DNA from: Octopus vulgaris
Lineage: Eukaryota
NCBI GenBank assembly: GCA_951406725.2
Contig: OX597825.1
Coordinates: 7,812,001-7,876,000, forward strand
Direction of reading: 5' to 3'
Length of the DNA: 64,000 bases
Under the pieces are notes generated by a model, which searched no databases, was not told where the DNA came from, and worked only from the letters and a program-made list of their open reading frames with translations. Of the stretch, positions 54,493 through 64,000 are shown piece by piece. A program made the translations under genes and the position numbers. Numbering within the stretch: position 1 is the stretch's first letter; each line of letters begins with the position of its first letter.

Positions 54493-55089
54493 ATAGTGGT
54501 TGTTACCATTATTATCGTTGTTCTTAGTCATACCCATGCATGGTATGGTGACCCTCCCGTCGCGTACATGTTGGTCTCTGTTACTACTTCTGGTCTTGAC
54601 TAACGTATGATTACAACTAAGAACAACAACAATGAAGGTACCGAAAACTATATAACGGGCACGGATACAAACCGTGTAATAATGGGCAAGCCCATATACA
54701 CATGCACAGGCACAGAAGCGAGGGACATAGACACGTGTACGCACACACACACACACACTCACATACAGACACACAGACTGATACAGACGGAAAAGCATGC
54801 ACAAATAAGAATGCACATCATTGAAGAACAAAATGAACACATGGATGGACAAGTTCGTTGAAGAGGTCACACATGTGTGACGAAATCCCGACAATGGATA
54901 TACATAAAACAAGAACAATAAAAAACGAGTGAAGAACGAATGGGTAGTGCGGGCGTTTATTTCACAGAAAAAATATATATATAGATCATCCTGAAGTATA
55001 ACAATATCTCTATCAAAACACGACTTCATATCAGGAATCATGCAAAACAAAGACATAAACGTAAATACATACATAGATACATAGATACA

Positions 55090-55560
<471 letters not shown>

Positions 55561-55829
55561 ATGAATATGTACATGTATTTCATATGATAAAAACTACTTC
55601 AAAATACCAATGAAATGCCTCAAGCAAAATATATTTCAACGTCTGTTATATTCTATGTTTTTATTTTCTAATGACTGGTGTGTTTCAAATATGATTTTAT
55701 TAGATATAAAACTATCTTAGATGGAACGAATAAGAGTGACACAAAGACGGAAGACCCTTGTTATGAAGTATTTAGCTTTTAATATCATACATTAATAAAG
55801 ATTTTAGCGTACGAGGACGTTGTCTAAAA

Positions 55830-55837
55830 ATTATTAC

Positions 55838-55922
<85 letters not shown>

Positions 55923-55965
55923 GTTGTTGTTGTTGTTGTTGTTGTTATTATCATTATTATTATTA

Positions 55966-56015
<50 letters not shown>

Positions 56016-56036
56016 ATCATCATTCTTCTTCTTCTC

Positions 56037-56115
<79 letters not shown>
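55830..56115. repeat. (ATT)n/(GTT)n then (TA)n microsatellite
   Basis: Direct reading. Confidence 0.95.
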
Positions 56116-56121
<6 letters not shown>

Positions 56122-56193
56122 CTAAACTTTTGAAATTTCACTATCAATGGCCTAGCATGTATAAAATGTCAATAGACAACATATTTTCCATAT

Positions 56194-56271
56194 AACTCAG
56201 AACGTAACGGCAGACGAAATACGGTTACGCATTTCGCCCGGCGTGCTAACGTTTCTGTCAGCTCGCTGCCT
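56194..56271 (-). mobile_element. SINE family B head fragment
   Basis: aactcagaacgtaacggcagacgaaatacgg..cgcccggcgtgctaacgtttctg. Confidence 0.85.
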
Positions 56272-56906
56272 TATACTTAGATATGTTTCGACCAAAGATT
56301 GGTCGAGGACATGTCTTTGAATTGATTTCAAGATCCATATGTATTTGGATCTAACGAAAACAAACTTTTGACTATTTGCTATAGAAGCTCTCTCTTGCCT
56401 TAGATTAAGAAACGCATCAGCTTTTCAACAATTCGTAAAGGTTATCAGACAAAAGTACGTCAGAGTTATATTTTAGATCTTAGAACTGTTAAAGTTGTTA
56501 TGGAAAATAGGTATGTCCTTATAAAAGAAATGTGGATTCAATTGTATCTCACAATTTTATCTTCTCATCGTTATGTTCTTAATATATCAGTCAACATTCT
56601 GTCGAGATAATTGTAATTCTAAATCGACGTAATCTTTCTTCGTTTCTCTCGTCTCGAAATAAAGTGCAGCTCAACTTCTCTCCATGTCTCAAACATTCTA
56701 AAAATTCTCGATGATGAGTGAGGCCTTACAACCACAGACTAATACATAAGATTCCTAATCATAATACAGCTATATGTTCGCATTTATTGATAGTACATTA
56801 AACATACATATATACATACATAGATACATACATAGATACATACACACACATATATATATATATATATACATACATATACAAACACAATATATATATATAT
56901 ATATTG

Positions 56907-57226
56907 TGAGGGCGCGTGGCTTAGTGGTTAGGGCATTCGGCTCATGATCGTAAGGTTGTGAGTTCGATTCCCCGCGACGCGTTGTGTCCTTGAGCAAGAC
57001 ACTTTATTTCACGTTGCTCCAGTCCACTCAGCTGGCAAAAATGAGTTGTACTTGTATTTCAAAGGGTCAGCCTTGTCACTCTCTGTGTCACGCTGATTAT
57101 CCCCGAGAACTACGTTAAGGGTACACGTGTCTGTGGAATGCTCAGCCATTTGCACGTTAATTTCACGAGCAAGCTGTTCCGTTGATCGTATCAGCTGGGA
57201 CCCTCGTCGTCGTAACCGGCGGAGTC
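56907..57226 (+). mobile_element. SINE group C (head C2 with CORE-like domain plus tail 1), full length
   Basis: tggcttagtggttagg, gagttcgattccc, tgtgtccttgagcaagacact; 3' half shared with 59990-60375. Confidence 0.9.
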
Positions 57227-57262
57227 TTTTTTTAAGAATATATATATACATATATATATATA

Positions 57263-57318
<56 letters not shown>

Positions 57319-57369
57319 AACACACATACAAATACACATGCGTATGCCTATATATCTATATGCATGGTA

Positions 57370-57402
<33 letters not shown>

Positions 57403-57574
57403 CATGTATGTTTGAATGTATATATATATGTGTAACATTTCAAACCAATAATTTCCCTAACGGCGAAACATGTAAATATCTCACCACATTTCCTCACTCC
57501 TCCTACATAATAAGCTATTCCTATAATATACATAACACTCTTTTACAGCTTTACACAAAACATGTAATGGAGGA

Positions 57575-57676
<102 letters not shown>

Positions 57677-57685
57677 AATCTCTAA

Positions 57686-57723
<38 letters not shown>

Positions 57724-58271
57724 GTGTATTTGTCCATTTCATACCTGTACAACTATCTGCGTGTGTATGTATCTCCACTGGACACACCTGGTGAGGAGGA
57801 TAGCTAGAAGTTCTGCAGACTAAAAGAAAGTGATCCAAAATGAACGGACGATAAATGCAAGGACTACGTATCTATAGCACAAACCTCAGAAATCCGGAGT
57901 TGGTATCTCGTGTACGAGAAAACCGCCAGGAGTCAGCTAATCCTCAGCTTTTTGCTAAAATATACGAGAAGATATCCGTAATATCAAACCGTATATGTAG
58001 GGAATGATACTGGACGTTTGTTTGTGCTTCAGATCATGGCAGCTTCCCCGAGCATAAAACTCATATTGGCACCAGACATCATGCTTTCGCTTCTCTCTGG
58101 TACATATCAACAGTGTTGGTTGGGTGTAGGAGGTGCTGTGAGTGACTTATTAGAACTAAAACCTTTCACAAATATTGGATCTTAGAGTTCTACATTTAAG
58201 AGATGAGGAATTATGTACATTATTTATATTATTTACATTTGACAGATATTTGTCCTCATCTTGATTTTTTT

Positions 58272-58317
58272 AACACAACGTTTCGGCTGATATACCCTCC
58301 AGCCTTCATCAGGTGTC
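58272..58317 (-). ncRNA. Minimal type I hammerhead ribozyme (core intact)
   Basis: gacac-CTGATGA-aggctg gagggtatat cagcc-GAA-ACGT-T-gtgtt. Confidence 0.78.
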
Positions 58318-58391
58318 TTAGGGGAATTTCGAACCTGGGTTCTCATTCCTAAGGTATTTTTCGATGTTGTTGTGTTATTATTATTATTATT

Positions 58392-58702
58392 CTATGTTTG
58401 ACTTTTGCTTTATATCTGTACAAGTTGGCTCCAAGTCTCACCCAGACACCTCAAGAGACAACAGGTTGGAAGTTCTGTGCCATATATATTTTTTTTTTTT
58501 TGTACTAGTGAATGTCTAATACATAAAAAATAAATAAATAAGTAAATTTTAAAAAAAGTTTGTTTTAAACCTTGGGATTACATAGAGAGTATTTTGCGTA
58601 GGATATGAGCAGTTCCCATGAGCACTATCTTTTGAATTTCTGCCATTTTTGGGGTTTCCTGGTATCTGAGTTAGGTAGCATTCAGTCCCTTTCGCTATCA
58701 TA

Positions 58703-58764
<62 letters not shown>

Positions 58765-59255
58765 TATAGTTTCCTTTCATTATGACTTTATTTCAGCTGC
58801 CTAAGTACCAGGCATCCTCTGGGGGACAAGAGTAGTAAGGGCATATTTGTTTTGCTATGCATGCAAAAATTATCACCACAGTGCTTTCCGTAGTATATGG
58901 GCCGTACCCATCAAGGTTATCTTTTGCAGTTCACGGAGATCGGAGTTACCTGAGAATGGCATAATATACTTTTCAGCTGGCTTCTTTTTCATTCCCAACG
59001 CACCAATTACTACTGGAATTATCGTAGTACTAAGCTTCCACATTTTTCTGATTTCAGTTTGCGGATCTTTATAGTGAGAAAGCTTTTCGTATTCTTTTCG
59101 CTATCATTCCCAGGGCACCTATTACAACAGGTATTGTTTTAGTCTTCAGCTTCCACATTTTGCTGATTTCTATTTCAAGATCTTTATATTTGCTCGGTTT
59201 TTGGTAGGTCTTGACAGATACGTTTATATCGATTGGGACAGTCATATCAATGAGG
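58392..59255 (-). mobile_element. Dong-like element X interrupted by Dong-like element Y (58764-59099) with a 12-bp TSD
   Basis: X 5' part LIDMTVPIDINVSVKTYQK..VIGALGMIAK (59096-59255) continues as MIAKG..YLTQIPG (58392-58701); tttcgctatcat at 58690-58701 and 59096-59107. Confidence 0.88.
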
Positions 59256-59258
59256 ATT

Positions 59259-59332
<74 letters not shown>

Positions 59333-59351
59333 CATTATTATTATCATTATC

Positions 59352-59436
<85 letters not shown>

Positions 59437-59562
59437 TCAATGCCTGGAATCGAACTCGGAATCTTGGGGTTAGTAGCTCGTGCTCTACTCTGTGTGTGTG
59501 TGTGTGGATCGTGGGTTATTTTTTCCCTCCGTCTTCCTTTTCTCTTGGATTTTCCACCGTAT

Positions 59563-59602
59563 CCTGTTTCTGACGAAGAGCTTTGCTCAAAACGTAGAAC
59601 CA
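59563..59602 (+). ncRNA. Degenerate minimal hammerhead of another repeat family
   Basis: gttt-CTGACGA-agagc ttt gctc-aAAACGTA-gaac; G12 is mutated to A. Confidence 0.5.
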
Positions 59603-59989
59603 CCTTTCTTTCCTTCCCTGAACGTCTGCTAATACTTTGCATGTACTACGTCGTTACGTTGTTTTTTTTTAATTTTTTTTATTACAAATTCAGGTGTTAT
59701 GAGAGGTGAACACATTTATTACATATATTTATCTTTCATATCTCACGAAATTACTTCATCGTTTGGATCTCCTGGATTTCAACAGCATAGCACTTTACAT
59801 TATACGTCGCCGTATTGGATTACTATTGGGAATCGAATCTGGGTTCGAGCAGGTATACATATATATATATAGGCTATATTGAAACTCTGAGCGTCATGTA
59901 AACACTAGCAATACGGAATCGTAACCTACAGGATGCCACACTTGGTTGGCAATGATATGTTACGATTCCGTTTTGCTACTGTTTACAAG

Positions 59990-60375
59990 TGGAAGCGCAA
60001 TGGCCCAGTGGTTACGGCAGCGGACTCGCGGTCATAGGATCGCGGTTTCGATTCCCAGACCGGGCGTTGTGAGTGTTTATTGAGCGAAAACATCTAAAAA
60101 GGTCCACGAGGCTCCGGCAGGGGATGGTGGTGATCCCTGCTGTACTCTTTCACCACAACTTTCTCTCACTCTTACTTCCTGTTTCTGTTGTACCTGTATT
60201 TCAAGGGGCCGGCCTTGTCACTCTCTGTGTCACGCTGAATATCCCCGAGAACTACGTTAAGGGTACACGTGTCTGTGGAGTGCTCAGTCACTTACACGTT
60301 AATTTCACGAGCAGGCTGTTCCGTTGATTCGGATCAACCGGAACCCTCATCGTCGTAACCGACGGAGTGCTTCCA
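59990..60375 (+). mobile_element. SINE group C (head C1 plus tail 1), full length
   Basis: Near-identical to the reverse complement of 50357-50743. Confidence 0.92.
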
Positions 60376-60695
60376 AAAAAAAACATGTCGCCCAGATATT
60401 TAATATAGCTTATTTCCCATATTTCGAGACCAGCGACGAACCGTCGCTGGAAAGAACATATAGTGTTTTGCGAGTAGGGTGAGTTTTCATCACAATCTTG
60501 TGATTAACACACGGTGAGGAGGACGGGTAACCGCCCAGAAACTCGAGTGAGTCCGTGTGTATCACATAAGGCTAGGGATGGGAGCGATGATCTCCCCTCG
60601 CAAATACTAATGGGACATAGCTGGAAGATATGTCTTCATAGGGCTATAAATGCCAGTAACACTGTCCTGTATAGGACGCCAGACTTTGTTGGCAG

Positions 60696-60730
<35 letters not shown>

Positions 60731-60957
60731 ACTTATAAGGGCTAAAGTAAATTATTTCAATGCCAATATGCTGATAACAGACTTTTAAATCGTCGATTTC
60801 CACATATTATTTACTCGTTACAGAAAAACACGAAGAACTGAAATCAGGGAGTTCTAAATGTAAATGTATTTTATTAGGCTGCCACATTTTTTGATGGAAT
60901 TTTTTCTGTAAAAATAAACTTCATCCTATATTAGTAGTATATATATATATATGTATG

Positions 60958-61016
<59 letters not shown>

Positions 61017-61062
61017 GTATGTATATATGTATATATAATTTATATATACAGAGAGAGTGAGT

Positions 61063-61093
<31 letters not shown>

Positions 61094-61474
61094 GAAGAGA
61101 GATTTTAACCTATGCCATCAAATTTGATTTGCTTGTGATTAACATATTTTAACTTTAAAAATGAAGAAATACATCAGCAATCTGTTTATTTTACAAAATG
61201 AATGATGCTTATGAGGGAGAAGAGAAGATATTTCCACTGGTTTGGCTGCCAGACAATCCTTGGAAATGCTTAACAGCATTTCGCCCGTCTTTATGACCTG
61301 AGTTCAAATCCCGACGTGGCCGAGTTTGCATTTCATCATTCGAGAACCATTCAAGTACTGGAGTCAATGTTAACGACTTGACCCCTTTGCCTGAATTTAC
61401 CGGCCTTATGCTAAATTCTTCTTCTTCCTCATCTTCTTCTTCTTCTTCTTCTTCTTCTTCTTCTTCTTCTTCTT

Positions 61475-61551
<77 letters not shown>

Positions 61552-62225
61552 ACAAGGAGGGAAGTATCAATTCTAATATCGTCAGTAGTGCTAATAATGA
61601 TTTCCGAGATATACGTAGTTAACTGTAGCTAGTTTAAACGGAATACAGTCCTTCTTTCTTTCGAAATATATATTTTATAATGAAGTGTACTTTTTGAAGT
61701 AATTTTTTAATAAACCACTGAAATGAAGGCGATGAGATATTTATAGATGTAGAAGACGAGATATCGAAATATTGCGACAGACGGTAAGATGATTAGTAGT
61801 GCAAGAACAAGGATTTTGCTGGCGGCTTGAAACCAACTTGAAGACAGATCAGTACAAGACATTTCTGTTGTTGTATGGTGCCAACCACGTCAAACTATTC
61901 CATTTAGAGACTATTGGGAATAGAAGTAAAAGAAAGAAAAATTGTGAGAAAGAGAGCGTGCGAGGCAGGGAAGTGGGGGGGGGAGATGGTGAATAAACTC
62001 AATATTTTTAGAGAAGAAAAATGACGACACTAATTATGCCTCGAAATAGTCAATACTAACAACAACGACAACAACGAGAGCAACAACAGCAACAACAACA
62101 ATATTTTCCATGAAATTCATTTCATGATATTTCATTAATATTTGGTGTATATCGTTTGTCTCTACCGCACTCAATCACACACACACACACACACTCTCTC
62201 TCTAATATGTCTGCACACACACACA

Positions 62226-62560
<335 letters not shown>

Positions 62561-63088
62561 GCACACACAGAAACACACACACACACACAAACACACTATC
62601 CTATATAAGGGTGCATCACTGTATCGCGTGAACCGGCGGCAACGAGTTTTTCTTAAGTCTACCAACGACGCAAGCGCTAATTGGTGCATATGCTAACTCG
62701 CCACACACACACACACACACGTAAATATAAATTACTAAAATTAAACCAAAAAGTGAACAGTAGTAAACATTCAGCATTGTACCTCATATTTATGAGTGCA
62801 AATTAGAAAAACCAAAAATATGCCCAGGAACGTATCTGGCAAATCTACAACGAAAACAACATCGCAAATATATTGAAGGTTGTTGGTACGAAACATTAAA
62901 ATAGAGACGAACGTATTGAAGCTGTAATTTGGAATGGCGAATAAACGCGTGCTGGTGTGGTACTGGTCATGGCTGTTGTTGTTGTTGTTGTTGTTGCTGT
63001 TGTATGGGCAGGGGTCTGAGTGGTCTAAATGGTACCATGTTGTTTGTAATTCTTCATTTCGTTGCCGGCTGAAGCAGTGTTCGCAATA

Positions 63089-63120
<32 letters not shown>

Positions 63121-63166
63121 AACCTATATATATATATATATATATAAACATATATATATATATATA

Positions 63167-63238
<72 letters not shown>

Positions 63239-63272
63239 CGAAAGGTTGGTGGTTCGAGTCCACCCAGGGACG
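63239..63272 (+). pseudogene. 3' half of a tRNA-Asn(GTT)-like sequence, followed by T5 and a family-A-like tail
   Basis: cgaaaggttggtggttcgagtccacccagggacg matches my recollection of the metazoan tRNA-Asn 3' half at all but one base; the 5' half is replaced by (TA)n. Confidence 0.7.
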
Positions 63273-63402
63273 TGAATCCTTTTTAATGGCGGTGCCCCAG
63301 CATGGCCACAGCTCATTAGCTGAAACTGGAAAAATCAAAATCAAATATATATATATATATATACATATATATACATATATATATATATAAATATATATAT
63401 AA

Positions 63403-63437
<35 letters not shown>

Positions 63438-64000
63438 CATATATATTCATATATATATGCATATATATGTACATACAAATATATATGCGCATGTGTGCAT
63501 GTATGTAAGTAAGCATGTAAGCAGCTATGTGCACACGTGTAAGCACATGTATACAAAACAGTGGAGTTGATGGTAAACCAATACGAAAGTTCGTGTAAAA
63601 TATATTAATTGAAGGTGAAAAAGTTCACAAAATATTACTCCCCATATTCAGGTACTTGATTATCGTGCAGGTGTTATGGCATTTTAGATTTTATGGAATC
63701 TCTACAAGAATGAAACCGATTGTTGATGATGAACAATACAACATTAAAATCGAGTAAAATAAGATTTAAAAAAACAATATTAAAAACAACAAATTCGATT
63801 GAATTGTTTGAGGTTAATATTTATTTTTATTGAACTTTTGCAGACGTTATTCAAATGCCTTTGCTTTCGAAGTTCATTCCACCAAATGGATGATGTAAAA
63901 AAATATTTTTCTCTCTTGAAAATATGTGTTTTCAAATTATGGCAGAAGACCAGAAATTTCGGAAGAGAGGGTTACTCGATTATATTAAACCCAGTGTTCA

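Larger units (their letters stand above)
58196..59486 (-). mobile_element. Penelope-like 3' end split at its (TAA)n tract by ~1 kb of nested Dong-like insertions
   Basis: PLE tail at 58196-58391 resumes at ttcaggtcaatgcctggaatcgaactcggaatc (59432-59486). Confidence 0.82.

Noticed and set aside
57780-57960. Possible RTE endonuclease start (TINART), sharing a short ggtgaggagga motif with 60513
   Set aside because: The match is too short to distinguish from chance without a profile search.
60073-60327. 84-aa ORF, also seen at 50409-50661
   Set aside because: It lies entirely within SINE group C copies, and frames differ between copies.

Overview
AT-rich, microsatellite-dense eukaryotic non-coding DNA with no host protein-coding gene I can support. 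Almost all ORF-track entries are translated (TA)n, (TG)n, (TATC)n or (TAA)n repeats. The repeat complement resembles an octopus (cephalopod) genome; this is inferred from recalled SINE families, not from a search. The window holds three groups of tRNA-derived SINEs (called A, B and C here) with swappable heads and tails, and a 5'-truncated Tx1/L1-clade LINE sitting in (TATC)n. It also holds stacks of R4/Dong-type RLE-LINE fragments in (TAA)n tracts, a mariner/Tc1 transposase relic, Penelope-like (GIY-YIG) fragments, several hammerhead ribozyme motifs and many fold-back inverted repeats. The most interesting structure is a Penelope-like element present in four copies. In element orientation its 3' end reads: GIY-YIG C-terminus, tRNA-like Pol III A/B-box cassette, (TAA)n, minimal hammerhead ribozyme. 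One copy has an inverted pseudo-LTR, and another was used as a landing pad by nested Dong-like LINEs. All coordinates were read by eye and may be off by a few bases.
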